Shown here piece by piece: positions 11,594-25,840 of a stretch of 64,000 bases of DNA. Position 1 is the stretch's first letter. Every line of letters starts with the position of its first letter. The position numbers were made by a program, and so were the translations under genes. Origin of the DNA: Bigelowiella natans CCMP2755 (lineage: Eukaryota > Protista > Cercozoa); the NCBI GenBank assembly GCA_000320545.1, contig ADNK01001927.1:124001-188000 (forward strand), written 5' to 3'. The notes below the pieces were generated by a model. It was not told the origin of the DNA. It did no database searches and saw only the letters and a list, made by a program, of their open reading frames with translations.

Positions 11594-12299
11594 AAAAGAT
11601 TCCTTAGTCGCGTTATTTTGTTCTAACATTGGGGAGAGTGAATGAATATTGTCTTTGGGGAGGCACGAAGTTTGAAATCATTGCAGCCTTCTTCGCCTCC
11701 CCTTTCTCCCTATCTATTTACCTCTGTTTCTCTGCCTTCTTTCACCAAAACGGAACATTATTGTCGTTTACATGATCGACAGATCCGCCTCGCCATCCCA
11801 CGTCTTCTTAGTTATGTTCTTCTTCTGTTACTGCTCCTCACCCACATACTGATCAGCATTCGTGATTGTTGATGAGTTGATACTCGTGGGTCGGTCGCCA
11901 TCCATCATCGTTATCTAGTCGTCGGTGGAGAGAACAGAAGAGAAGAAAATGATATTATCATCGTCATCGGCTACGATATTTATCGCTTAGAAAATAATCT
12001 AGATTAGACTATGGAGAATACTAGATCATAGGATGTATTGTCGTAATAAAATAGATTACAAAAACCTACAAAAACAACAAGAACAACAACAATACAAAGC
12101 ACATACAACCACGCTACCCCCTCCAACCACTCCACAACTCCACAGATAGAGCTAACGCATACGATCGATTTCATTGATTCAGTGGTGTCGGGGTCCAAGG
12201 GTAGGGAGTTCATCAGATGTACACACGGCCATAGTTGTGCGACCTTTTATTATTTCCACAATGATAATCTCTTGAGCTCTATCTGCAGAGACTAGCTCT

Positions 12300-12354
12300 G
12301 CTGCTACTACTACCACCACTACCACAACTACTGTTATTACTGCTACTACTGCTG

Positions 12355-12386
<32 letters not shown>

Positions 12387-12460
12387 GCTACTACTGCTAC
12401 TACTGCTACTACTGCTACTACTGCTACTACTACTACTAATAATAATAATGATAATAATCA
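12300..12460. repeat. (CTA/CTG)n trinucleotide microsatellite
   Basis: Directly visible. Confidence 0.9.
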
Positions 12461-12675
12461 CTGTAAAATTTTAGTACCTCTTTTCCAAGAAACAGCAGTG
12501 TATTGATTCCAGTGTCTAGAGGTAGTAGTAGGATTTAGTACATGTGTTATATCGATGAGAAGTGTATTATCCAATTATCATGTTTGTGGGGGGGAGTGCG
12601 TTCGTCATAATCATTATCATCATCATCATCATCATCATCATCTTGGTTATATTTGTTGTTGTCATCATCCCTAAG

Positions 12676-13674
12676 GTCTCAACAAGCATGTTCTTTTCTG
12701 TAAACAAACTCGGTCGAGTACAATCTCGTCAATTCCGCTCTAAAATTTTTTGGCTCACGGAATCAATGGGTGGTTTCAAACCAGGAACAACGTAATAATA
12801 GTAGCAGCTACAGTTAGCAGCGGCTGTAGCAGTCTTTATTTTCATTTGTAGGGTAGTACAACTATCATCATCAGTACATAGCACACGAATAATGATGATG
12901 ATAATGATGATGGTGGTGGTCATGATGATGATAATAACCATCTGCAAACTTGCTACCGAAGAACTTATACGCTCCATGTTATCCTGATTCGGTCATTTCT
13001 CTCCTTTCCTTCCCTCCCCCTCCCTTCCCATGCAGGAATATGGACCTCCTTCAAGAAGAAGCTGATCGTCACGAAAGAGTAAGAGATAAGAGATCTGATT
13101 TTCGTTCTCCAATATGGCTTCAAGATGTTGTATGGTGTTTAGATTAAATGTTTTCACTAGCGTATGAATGCTAGACAATCCAGCTGAAACAATAATATCT
13201 GGTACAGGAAGGAGGATTTATTTCACCCATCATCATCATTATCATCATCATCATCATCATCATCTGTCGCACTCCCATCACCAATTTTGCATTATTAGCT
13301 GTTGTTGGCTGCATGTAGACTGGAATTGTCACCATTATCAACGGACTGCTGCCTTATACGTATGTCATCATCACAGATCAAGTCGTTCTTGAATTCCACG
13401 ACATTCGTTCGTAGCGGCACGAGTGTGTTCAAAAAGGTAGTACGTGGGAGTCTCAGCACCAGTAGTAGCATTGAATATTGTGTGGGCAGTAGTGGTAGTA
13501 GTTTTATAATTAGCTCTCATATTGATGTACCGTACTTTTCCTGTGCGATTTGCGTTATTTGGTCCATTTCTGGATGTTCTTAGACGATAATTACAACAAA
13601 TTATCACCTTCATTATAATAAGAGATTTTGTGATGCAATGATGTTCTTTTGCGTGTTTTGTGGGTGAGTGAGAA

Positions 13675-13726
<52 letters not shown>

Positions 13727-14184
13727 AGAGAGTATGTGTGATTTTGATAAGAAACATGTACAAGTATGCATCACTACAAGAATATATGACAAATTCAACT
13801 TGGCAAATGATGATGATGATGATGATGATCGAATTAGTGTTTTTGGCCATTGCTGAGATTCATGGACGTCGAGGAGGCTTTTGAAATGTAATATGATGTG
13901 AAACACTGTCAGCAGTTCTTTACAGAATCGTCATGATGCAGTATGCATGGAGAGCTACTATATATACTACTTTTGAATAAGATAAAACTAGACGTATAAG
14001 ATGATGATGATGATGATCATCCATCTCTATCTTATAGCAGTAGCAATGATTGAAATCATCATCATCGTCATGGTATTTATTTCAATCGTCATTCTTCTCC
14101 TCCTTCCTAACTCCTCTCTAAGGTTAAGAAAATGGAACGATGCTGAAGAATTTTGCAAGGTATCAGTAACACCACCACCACCAA

Positions 14185-14217
<33 letters not shown>

Positions 14218-14542
14218 CTCCTATATGGAGAAGATAGATTATGAAAACAATTCTTCGCTCGATGCTATCACGACTGGCCACTACTGGTAATTACTGTTAG
14301 CAGCACTGAGTAATAATTCTTGAAATGATGATAATTAGGGCTTGGATGCTGCAACCCGATGGGGGTTGTTGGCCTCCTCCTCCTCCTCCTCCTCTTTTGA
14401 TCACTGTGACAAAACGAGAAAAAGAGGAAAAGAGGAGGATACTGATGAATTAGAAAGAAAACAGACAACTGGTGCAGCGATTACTGCTGATACAACTATT
14501 GCCTCTGCGGCAATAAAACCTGAGGCCGCAGAGACGCTTTCG

Positions 14543-14575
<33 letters not shown>

Positions 14576-14979
14576 AACATTGCCATCATATTATGACCAC
14601 ATTATTAGACACACACATAATAATAGACAACACATAGTAATGGTGGTAGCGGCAATGGATATAATACAAGGATTGATTGTTTCGATCTCCTCCTTCTCAT
14701 CACCATCATTAATCTACCCCCTCTAACTGTCCTTTTGTCCATGTCTATTCTTAGATCTCTAAAGATAGAATTTTGGAAGGAGCAGGGCAAGAGCTTCGGA
14801 AAATACTACAACTCGAAGAGAAATTCTTTGAGGAAAATGACAGGAACCATTCCTCCCTTCTTGGAGATATCCTTATCAACAAGGAACAGCCTAATTTAAG
14901 CTTGAGCACCGTTTGTGGTGTAGAATCAGATGACTCCATTGATAATTATGTGCTACTGCAAGACATCCAAGGTTACGAC

Positions 14980-15044
<65 letters not shown>

Positions 15045-15419
15045 TGCCAAAGATGTCATTAGAGATTGAGAATATTACGGCTGATTTAGAACACGATACA
15101 GTACAACACACACAGTGATGATCATCAATCCTATCATCATAACTTCTACGTACTTACGTTCATACGTACTACTTACTGCTGTAATAATTCAGATGAAAGA
15201 CCTGTCTTAAGCCCCAACAACACGACATTAGGAGAGGGGTACTACTACTACTACAACTACCACATCGTTGTTTTGTGGTGATTGCTTAGAATTTATCATG
15301 CGCTACCAACTACTACTACTTCTAAGAATAATAATAATAATAGTATTACTATTACTATCTATTGGCAAAATGATGTCGATGAGTTGCTCAGTCACTTCGC
15401 CTACTTATTACAATAACCA

Positions 15420-15461
<42 letters not shown>

Positions 15462-16238
15462 TGGCCACATGCACCACACGCTGATTATAATTCCCTTTGC
15501 TGCTGCTGCTGCTATTATGTATGTCTGTCTTCAAACAAACCAGAGATCTACCTGACCTTTTGAGAGACAAGGAGGTTGTAGTAGTAGTAGTAGGAGGAGT
15601 AGTAGGAGATAATGAGATTTTATGATATTATTGTATAAGTAGCTGCTGCTAGAATTGCTACGTGTGCCTTTATTTGGTGTAATAAAAGCAAAGAGTGGTA
15701 AATCATTTCGTTGAAAAGATGGTGTTAAAAAATTTCTATTATCTACGAATACTTTAACGACTAGTATGTATCCAATCATTTCCCTGCTTATGGTTCAGGG
15801 TTATTGTTACTTTCCTTTTACTTCTTCTGCATTTCTCATCGATGATTGGGCATATTATTACTTCCCTTTTACTTCCACATAACGCATCATCTTTTCTTAT
15901 GGATTGTGAATTGTTGTGTCTATTACTTTCCTTTTACTTCTCATGATCAGTGGAAGATTCAGGCTATCGTATATAGCCTCATCGGGCTGGATGGTAACCA
16001 CATTATCGGTAAACAAGCAGGAGGAAAACCAGAAGAAAAAGAAGGAGAAGAAGCAGAACCTGAGCCTCGCATTATCACAACTGTTTGGAAGCACTTCATA
16101 GAACTCAGTGCCACTGTGAACGCTAGGGATGGCATCACCTCGGATTTTCGTATATCCAAATGGGAGACTGCGAGGCCTGAGGAGGATGTTTTCGCAAAGT
16201 ATTCGTCGATGACGAATGAAGATGAGAATGAATCGTAG
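12676..16238 (+). CDS. Multi-exon hypothetical protein (5' end uncertain)
   Basis: Coding-like exons at about 12676-12791, 13036-13130 (MDLLQEEADRHERVRDKRSDFRSPIWLQD), 14755-14971 (GQELRKILQLEEKFFEE) and a terminal exon to 16238 (WKIQAIVYSL...ITTVWKHFIELSATVNARDGITSDFRISKW). Confidence 0.5.
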
Positions 16239-16259
16239 TGTCTGAGCGTGGGCTGCTAC

Positions 16260-17600
16260 TCGCACAATTAGATAGCTCCAAGAAATGCCAAGCTAGATGT
16301 GACGACTGCAGCAAACCTTTCACATAGCATCTATATCGCATCATGCAACTGTTGAACATGCAGCATGCGTTCACAAGCTTCATGGAAATAATGAAATCAT
16401 CAATGAAAATTGTGCTTGCGTTGGCGCAATCACGTCGCGATCTAGCGATGTGTCATTTGCATGAAGCTATTTCGATCATCCAATGAATGCAAAGCATCGC
16501 TAGATCGGTCAACACGGTCATCGTGTCGCCACAGCTTGCCCAAATATGCAACATCGACACAAAAAGTGACCCATCTCAAAAACGTACTAGATGATATTTT
16601 TCGACAATTTTTTGCTCAACATGCAGCCATCATTGCGCACTTCAATTTGACTCAATTGAATTTGATCATTTGTGAAAATTCTCGGTGTGCGGCACGTGGG
16701 AACACACAAAGCATATCGACATTTTGCTGCATGCATGTGACCACGCACCAAATGGTCACATGAAGCGGAATGTCGTTGACACTCCTGGACTCGTTTGACC
16801 AGTCTACAGTGCTTTCAGCAATTTTCATCGTTTTTTGCTGTGCGTGCGCAATTCTGAGCATTCGTGCCAATGGGAGAGTTGTTTTTGTTTTTTCTTGAAA
16901 AAGTGAAAACTCTGATTTCCCAATTTTGCCCACTTTTCAAAACACAAAAACTGAGGTGTCTCCTCGAGATTTTGGATTTGGGCCTGACCACTTGTGCTGC
17001 ATGTCAGATGGGTCTTGATCAACAGCTCAGAGGAACAGTTTCATGCAACTCCTGCTGTGCTTGGAACCAGTTTGAACTGAAGTGCATGAGGGTTCTCCTT
17101 GCATGGCACGCAGATGGCTGAATTTTGGGCAATGAAAGTGGAATTTCTCGAAAACCAGAAGCGAGATTGAACACAAAACTTGCATCACATCGATTCCGTG
17201 CACATGCGAGTGGTCCTGGCCATATGTGCGCAAATGTCATGGCCCCGCTAGCCCGCTCCTCACACAGCCCAATCTAGCAATGTTGCACGGTTTGGGCAAG
17301 ATGTGGCAAGTCGCAAGCAGCATGTTGACAATTCATCACATTGTGTGCATGATCGATTGCTAACAATGCATGCTAGCATGCATGGGGACAATTACACCCT
17401 TCTAGCATGTACGTACATAGCGCCGCACGTACTTTAGTACTGCACAGCGAATCTAAAAACATTGGGGTTGCATACAGTCGTGCTAACAGTAGCATCACTA
17501 CTACTAGACTGTAGTCTAAATCAGCAGTACTACATGCATGCGTAGCATCGCATGTGAATGCGTGTGTACGTATAGTACGCCTATTATCGTCTCTACACAA
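16260..17600. other. TpA-depleted hypermutated island, possibly a decayed non-autonomous element
   Basis: No TpA in 16807-17222; flanks partly converted, with CTAG survivors; no recognisable transposon protein. Confidence 0.7.
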
Positions 17601-17779
17601 TAGTAGTCATAACAACTAAAGTGTGTGTAGACATGAATGAAGCCAATCAAGCCTACTAGAAGCGTCTAAATAATCGTAGTAAGTGGTGCGTGCATCATGC
17701 TGCATATTATTCACCATACGTGAGCATGTTCTACGTCTATTATTATGTTAAAAAAAATATAATTGACCTTGGAACAAGG

Positions 17780-17887
17780 TTAGTAACGACGAGATGTTGA
17801 CTTTTCTACACCTGCTGTCCGCAGCCGTTTTTCAATTTGAACTTGAGTTTCGTCTACATCGGCGAAAATTTGAGTCGCATCTGTTGC

Positions 17888-17923
<36 letters not shown>

Positions 17924-18698
17924 TATCATCATATAATTGAGCGTTAGTTTAGTAACATGTTGGAAGATAGCGAGCAATAATTAGCCATTTAAAAATCACC
18001 ACCACCACACAACTACTACTACTACTAGTAGCAGCACATCACTTACAGTATTCGCCGTGGAAGTTCCTATACACGCCGATTCCACAGTAATTACTCGATT
18101 CTGAAAGAAGATTCTTCCTGTGACCTGGCGAGTTGATCCATCCTATAACTGCAGCTTTTGCAGTATCTGCATACCCTATATGTCCTTTATTCATGGCAAC
18201 ATTCTCGGCTGCTGATCGGTGGTAAATACCCACGGTTTTAAACCTTGCGACACGAGACTTGAAGCCGTCATGGCCAAACTTGATCCTTTTGTCACCCATC
18301 ATTTTGCTATGAATGCGGCAAATGTCTGTTATTTCTTGGGACCACAATACCGTGTTCATTCCATTCTGCTTACGGAATCTATAATTCATAATGAAAGTTG
18401 TTTGAGAACAAGAAGAAGAGTAAAAGTGTATAGCACTTTAAGGAATGATAAAGAGGCCACAAGTTAGATGGTGGGTTTAACACACACACACACACACACT
18501 TGTATGTGTGTGTGTGTGTGTGTGTGTTTGTGTGTGTGTATGGTAGCTCAGCACTTTTAGTATCGTATTTCTTGTTCTGGTATGTATCATAAAGCTGCAT
18601 AATGATTGCATATTGATAGAAATACATAGAGTACTATGCGTTTACTTTTCCAAGGATGCTATCATGAAAATAATTGGTAGGTAGTGAATTATTATGTG

Positions 18699-18739
<41 letters not shown>

Positions 18740-20558
18740 ACTTCCTCCCATCTTCAGAATAAAAAATATATAAAGTATATAAAAGTGCTATTATATTGTC
18801 TGTTCTACTCGTTGGTGTGATTAAGCATGAGGCGGCCGATGTAGTCCATGTCCTTTACATTGCCAAAATGCGTTGGTTCCTCGTATCTAACAACATATTT
18901 ACCACGCTACGTTTAGAGAATAATGCATGTGCATTTACTGCTGTTGCTGCTATGTGTTTCTTCTTCTTCTTCCTCCTCCTCTTCTTTTACTAGTACTACT
19001 CGACACTCAGACGTCATATCGTCGTCAAAATTGAAGGGAGTAGGGCAGAAGAGCAGCATAGTTGTAGTAGTAGTAGTAGTAGTAGAAAGAAATAGAGTAG
19101 TAGTAGTAGTAGTAGTAGTAGTTGTTGTAGTAGTAAAGAAGTAGGTGCACCAACGGAGGATAGCAGCGTGACAGTTCACTCAAGCGACATGATCAGTAAG
19201 AAACTTACGACAGTTGTTAACGCTGTGTTGATTGATGGATGATGGCGGGGTGATAAACGAATTTAATACCTTTTCTTCGCCATCTCTTCCAATTCGCTTG
19301 CCGTAAAAAACCTCTTCTTTTGTTGACTTTTCCCTTCCATTTCGATTAGACTACTGCCGCTTGTGCTGCTAGGTTTTATGGTCGAGGGCTTTTCACCAAA
19401 ATTTCTTATCCTGCCTTTACGAATGCCTCCTCCTGTACTGGTTCTCAATCGTCCGTTGTCATCATCACAATCTTTGCTTTTCGTTTTCCCACTTTTCTTC
19501 TTCTTTTTCTTCAATATCGTCAATGCCCCTTTGCTTTTCTTGAGCAGCCTTCGTTCCACAAGCTTCGCCATTGAGTCCCTATCTGGAAGCTGGTCCTTAC
19601 GAAGATGTACATAAACGGCTTCATCCTTAACGCCACCAACCATACCTCTGCCTCCTGGGCAGTAATTTTATCAAATACTTTACATAATGTATAAGTGAAT
19701 ATGACTTTAATGATATCACCGTTGTTAGACTACTACAACCTTTTCCACGGCATTTCATACCGTACTTTCCCTGGTATTCTCTTGCTCCAATGTTACCCTC
19801 GCTCCCAACGACCGAATTCGGTGGCACTCCGGAGACTACAGAACTTCCTTCTACAAACTGCTTGGTGGAAAGGGGGGTGATGGATTCAGCACTGGATGAT
19901 AATGATGATGCCAATTTAAGATCGGCTTTGTTCTTTGGTAATGATGATGAGGAGGAGGAGGAGGAGGAGGCCTTCTGTTCCCCCTCTTGCTGTTTTTGCT
20001 CGTAGTCACGATTACAATTGGGAGAAGATACGGCAGCAGATAATTTGTTGCCATTTTCCTGCTGCTGCAGGTGGTGATTGAGGGACAAGTCTCCCATCAT
20101 CGAAGCAGTGCACATTTCCGTGACACTAGCAAGGCAAGTTTGTAGAAGCTCTATTTGTGAGGGAGAAAAGTGCAGTTTGGGGTCGATTGAAGCATCAAGA
20201 ACCCAGTAGTCCTTGTCAGCTGATACAAACTGGAATCCAAGTGCAGTAAGAACCTCCTTTGGAAGTCAATAAATAATATGAACAGCAGGATATTATAATT
20301 TGACTACTAGTTTCACAATGCTAGGAAACAGTACACCTCTGAGCCGTGGAGAGAGCCGAGAACTTCCTTGATCTTTCGGTTGAATAATGGGATTTTTCTG
20401 TACTTCATCTCCAACGGATGCAAGAGAACATTTTTCACAATTTTGCTGAAAATCTTTAATGCCTTCAAGAGCTGAGTAGGTCTCTCGATATTGGTCGCCA
20501 GGAAGGCATCAAGTACCACCGAAAACCGGGTCTCCGACGACGAAGAAGTCAGAGACAT
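17780..20558 (-). CDS. PUB domain plus bacterial-type CAP (SCP/YkwD-like) domain protein, multi-exon
   Basis: N-terminal KALKIFSKIVKNVLLHPLEMKYRKIPLFNRKIKEVLGSLHGSE|EVLTALGF is PUB-like. C-terminal IGRLMLNHTN|.FRKQNG...HSKMM...FGHDGFKSRV...AAENVAMN...WINSPGHRKNLL...CGIGV...|ATQIF is CAP. Linkage of the middle exons is inferred. Confidence 0.75.
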
Positions 20559-21206
20559 GGTGGGCAGCTGCTGAGATATAGATATCGGAAGGCCGGAAAT
20601 GAGGAATGGAAGAGGACAGTCCTTCAATGCTCTCAACGTAGTAGTGCTAACTACTAATCAGTACCATCAATATAAAAATTATAGTCCGCTTTTTCTCCAC
20701 GGTCGCGGGTATTTGCGGCAAGAAGTGATAACGGCAAAATTGTATTGCGAGAAGATCGCTTCTCACAGCTGGAAGAAGTCATTAGAAATGTACATGTTCA
20801 TACATCATTTGAATCCGTGTGCCTTGCATTCTTAGCAGACCTACGATACTCAAGACGTCGCCATCATCGTGAATCGACGGAAGCTTGTAGGGAAAGGAAG
20901 CATTTACTATTTTTTTAGCGTATTAACATTTTAAGTACGAGTATTAAATCTGAATAAGAATGACCCATGACGCCTTGACGAAAAGGGTGCCATTTTAGGA
21001 TTTCTTTCCATTAGTGTTGAGTGTTGTTGGATGGGATGTCGTAGACGTCTAAGTTAGTTAGTTAATCCTTGTCGTTGAACTCATCATTCATCTGCTAATG
21101 CCTTATACCAAACATATCCTAAAATGTATTGCATTCTTTGATATCAATTCCAAGAATAAGAGTGTTAATTGACATTGCGAAAGTCAAAAAATCATGAGGT
21201 AATATG

Positions 21207-21268
21207 CAACAACAAGAACAACAACAAGAACAACAACAACAAAGACAACAACAACAAGAACAACAAAG

Positions 21269-21330
<62 letters not shown>
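21207..21330. repeat. (AAC)n microsatellite
   Basis: Directly visible. Confidence 0.95.
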
Positions 21331-21331
<1 letters not shown>

Positions 21332-22168
21332 CTGGGGTACATACTAACCGGCTACTAAATGGCGGCGTTAGCTCGGAGGTGCGCGCTATGTCTATTGTCT
21401 GGATTGAGGGTGAATAGAGTCAGGAAACTATCCACCCTGCAACGACCACGATATGTACTATCTGCTACAGTTTCCCAAACCTCCAGTGCCACTAAGGCTG
21501 AGCAGAATCAGAATGAGCGCAAAGAAGAAACACGTGAAGAGAGTGAAGCCCAGAAAGGAGGAATTCCATGGTCAGAGAACATAACACTTTCGACCTAACA
21601 ACATATGGAGTACTTTTAATGTCCTTCGAGCTCTATCTGAGCACAATGTCGTCCCTGATCTTAGCAATTAAAGCACACTGAGAGCAGTACAACTTTACTT
21701 TAACAATAGCTGCGAAATACGCTAGTAGATTAAATTAATTTGAGTGATGTGGTATCACTGAACTTAGGTTTGCTATATTCCTTAATGTTTCAGTTCCTTC
21801 CTTCATATACTGGTATAATTACTATAAACGCCGATAACACACAAGCGACTGAGCAGCATCTTCTATTTGTTTTCTAAAATGAAGGCTGGTGAAGAGGCGC
21901 CTTAGGGAACCATTTGAGAAGGTTAGTGCTCATCATCTGTCTCATTTTATATTTGACATGAAGATATAATATTCTTAGGAAGCCGAAAAAAGAATTTCTA
22001 TTCACCGCAGCGAAATGGAGTTATGCATTCAATTTCAATCTACATAATGCAATAAAGTTAACTTTTGGTGTAATGCTGTCAGATATTTGATCCGTAAAAC
22101 TCAGTTCACTGCTAAACAACTGCATTGGCTGAAGGTCATTGCGGAACATATAACTAATCTATTCTTTT

Positions 22169-22204
<36 letters not shown>

Positions 22205-22570
22205 TCTAAAAAATGACATTCTTTCAAGTAATCTTGTATCCCTTCTTTTTATGGTAATATTATATAATATGCACACGACCGGCAGCCAATTCTCTGTTTA
22301 TAACAAAAAATATAACAATATTACGGTTGTTTGTTGGTGTATGTAGAAATATGCTCGTGAACGGTTCAGTGGTGGTGTGGCACACGCGGACGATTGGGGA
22401 GAGTTCCTTCTTTTCATCTTAAACGGTTGTTTGCACGTAGTGACGACAACGACGTCGATGGAGATAATAAAATCGACGACAACGTCAATATTTACTTCAC
22501 TTTAGCGACATTTTGTGATAGAGTTTTCCATCCTTCAATCATAATCATCGTGCTGTCATCATAATTTTGC

Positions 22571-24032
22571 ATGGCCAATAAGCTCAAAGTAAGGTTGCTG
22601 TTGCTCTTTAGAAATTGAACTACATAAGCGAAATAAAGAGGGATTCGACAGCAATGAAGGTCTGATTCGTAGTAGTGACGGCTTGTTTTATAAAATTCAA
22701 ATCCTTGGGTAATGCTTAATTTCTAGATAAAAGCAAACCGGATAAAAATGAGAAAAAAATGGATTCTTGGGATGCTTTGGTAACAATTAATTGGAGAATT
22801 GTCGCATGTTTAGCAAAGGTTGTTATTGAGATAATAGTTTAGTCTCATGTAATTTGATGACTACTAGGTTTTATATCGTGAATCCCCACAGCTGCTTCCC
22901 ACTGGGATATCATCATCTAGTCAGAAGAATGGTGGTGGTGGTGGTGGAATGGTAGTCGATGTCGAGGAGCTTCTTTCTGGACTATCTGTTCTCGCTATTG
23001 ACAAGTAATATCAGCATCACCACCACCGTATTCTTTTGCATCATTCAAATCAAGCGTACAGTTGTTATTAATAGTGCCTATCATATTTCGATTTATCGTT
23101 AGTAGCACCGCTAACATTGTGGATGATGCTGACTACGGATTAGGATAATTGATGATGAAGAACTAGAGAAAAAGAAAAATAAGAATGAAAGCGATGGGTT
23201 CAAGCCGCGAATGAAACCAGATCCTTGGGCAAAGTAGTATAATTGCTGATTCTATTCAAGTGAACGATTAATCTGATATTATTACCTGATTCTCGGTAGG
23301 TTTGATCTCGCATGGAGCCTCGTTGATGCAGACGGAGATGGAAAACTCACAAAGAAAGAATTCGCCATTTTCTGCGACAGGCTAATTCGTTTTGGGTATC
23401 ATGAATTATAATTTTTGAAGATCACGTACACTACTTTACTAATTTGGTTGTCATAATTGAAGGTACCTGAAATCAGATTGTTTAGTGCAGCAAACTACAG
23501 TTTTACCCCAGTAAGTAGAAGATGTCAGAAGAATCTTAGAGATCCACAGCTCTCCCAACTATTTGAGCGAATGAGCTGATGCATTTCTTTCTTTCTCATT
23601 GTACCATTCTCATGATATAATTAAACATTGTTGGGTTGCTGGTGCTATTTGAACTTGTATATTTCTCTCTATAGATTTCCACCTAAGTTTGAGATTCTGA
23701 ATGGAACCAAAATGGCAGACATGTATTGGGAAGCGGTTCATTTTGAAAAGGCACAGAATAGTTCTACAAAAAAATACGATGGCGACGATGTCGAATTTAC
23801 GGGAAGAACGATATCGTACAGCATTACTAAATTAATGCATTAACAAAGACTTAATGAAATGGGTTTTTGAGGGGGAAAATCATTTGAGCACAGAAATATT
23901 AACGATTTTGTTACGGTTTATGTTTTTTACAGAAGAAAGATATTTGAAGAAGAGACGCAATCTCTAAGAATCGCTGATATCATCCACTTTTGGCATCTAG
24001 ACTACGACAACACTGGATTTTTCAAATCGTAA
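22571..24032 (+). CDS. Small multi-exon EF-hand protein
   Basis: Exon at about 23300-23394 encodes FDLAWSLVDADGDGKLTKKEFAIF, a canonical EF-hand loop. Further GT-AG exons lead to RKIFEEETQSLRIADIIHFWHLDYDNTGFFKS* with the stop at 24030-24032. The start exon is tentative. Confidence 0.6.
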
Positions 24033-24249
24033 ACGCTAATAAAAAATTCAAATTGGCTAACTTTACGTAGAAAGCACATCATTAACACAAACAAATTGTT
24101 TGCTTAGTATTTACAAGAAGTATGCGGAAATATATGCGAGAAGCGAAAGAAAGAAATCAGTATCTCTTGGTACAGACGGAATGCAATGAAATTGATACGT
24201 CAACGAGTTCATGTGATCTTATGACAAATTTCCACAAATTTCCCCCAGG

Positions 24250-25088
24250 ATTACTGGAAAACAATCCAACATCGAAATCCTGCACTTGATTTCCTTAGTT
24301 CATGAAATCACCCTATGCAAAGCTCTACACCAACTTCCGCCACATGCACTGCACTGCACGGTCGCATAGCTTCACTTAGCCGGCTCTGCATGCGATGCGG
24401 CAGAAACCACTGCTGCAGGGAGTTAGCAAATCGAGAGTGTGATGCTGGGCGCATCATGTAAATCGCTATCATCACGTGTCATTGATGTGAATTTGCAGCG
24501 TTGACTGTGCTAGTGCACTGACTGAAGAAGAGGATTTCAGAGCCACAGATCGAAGCAAAATTGAATCGTCTGATCGAAGACTAGCTTGGGCAAACCTAGA
24601 AACTGCTGCAGTGCGCAGCAGGCTAGCAGGGAACAAAATTTCGCTTGCATCACTGAGGCCAGGCTGCCAACTGTGGCTTTATACTCTCATCGATCAACGG
24701 CACTTGCTCTAGCACTGTCTAGCTGTTGCTGATGATGTTGCACCGCGTGCAAAGAGAGAAGGCGCTCTTGTTCAAGGCTGACGGCCAAAATGAGCACGCA
24801 GCTCGCTAGCTTGGCCGGAAAGTCAGACGAGCCAGAGTGCCAGAGTCACGAGGAATTGTCGTCTTCCATCGCATCACGCGTGCATTGCGCGGCGAAAGCG
24901 ACAACGAACCGACAACGAACCCCGCGAACCAATCCAGCAATTGCTTGGTGGTGCTGGAGTGTGGCGTGTGGTTGAGTGCAGCTGTGTGAGCCGAAGTGCA
25001 AAAAAGCCATCGCGCATTGGCACACGTTGACAGCAATGGCATGTCTGACTGAGCACAGGCGTTTCTGTGATGTGACGTTCGTGTGTGT

Positions 25089-25128
<40 letters not shown>

Positions 25129-25840
25129 TCGAAGTGATTCCAATGCCAGAATGGGTCGATCACATCGGAGCGGCGGTTGAAAGAGACATGGCTCAGACAC
25201 GCTGGCTCGTCTGTGTCATCCTGCCCAATCAATTGATCACTCAAGATTCAAGATTCAAGATTCAAGATTGGCATTCATTCGACATCATTCCAGTGCGCTC
25301 TGCGGTTTGCCACAGCTGCGCCGACAAAAAAAAGAAAGTGAGAAAGAGTGCTTTCATTGGCGATTGGAGAAGGCGAAGAGTTTGTTTCACGTCCACGTGC
25401 AACGTGCAAAGAAAGCACTCCGAATTGTTCATTGAACGAGTGAATGAGTGAGTGAAGCACTTTCTCTGCTTTCAAAGCAAAGAATCGAAGGATCAACAAA
25501 CGTGCCAACCTGGCAACCCATGAACAATGGAAGAAGCATTGATGCAAAAACAACACGAGAAAGAACCAAACAGGGAGACAATGAACAATGAACAATGAAC
25601 AAAGCATTGATGCAAATCTGCGTGCGCCAGAAAGTTGCCACACGGGAACAATGAACAATGAACAATGAACAGGCACGCAACACGCACAAACCCAGAAACG
25701 TGTCGCTGCGCCTCAACAAAAATCATTGCGAGGACTTCTCAGCACCCTGTTGATGTTGAGCAAAAACAACCAGCAAATGTCCCAAGCTGAGGAAGCTGAG
25801 GACAATGAATCAGGGCTGGGTGCACTGTCTGTTGATTGGA
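24250..25840. other. TpA-depleted hypermutated island flanking the LINE remnant, containing converted simple repeats
   Basis: Almost no TpA except in CTAG; (caagatt)n, (acaatga)n, (gagt)n and (gt)n tracts. Confidence 0.75.

Noticed and set aside
12279-15779. Short poly-S/I/V/T/H ORFs in the ORF track
   Set aside because: They are translations of intronic trinucleotide and dinucleotide microsatellites.
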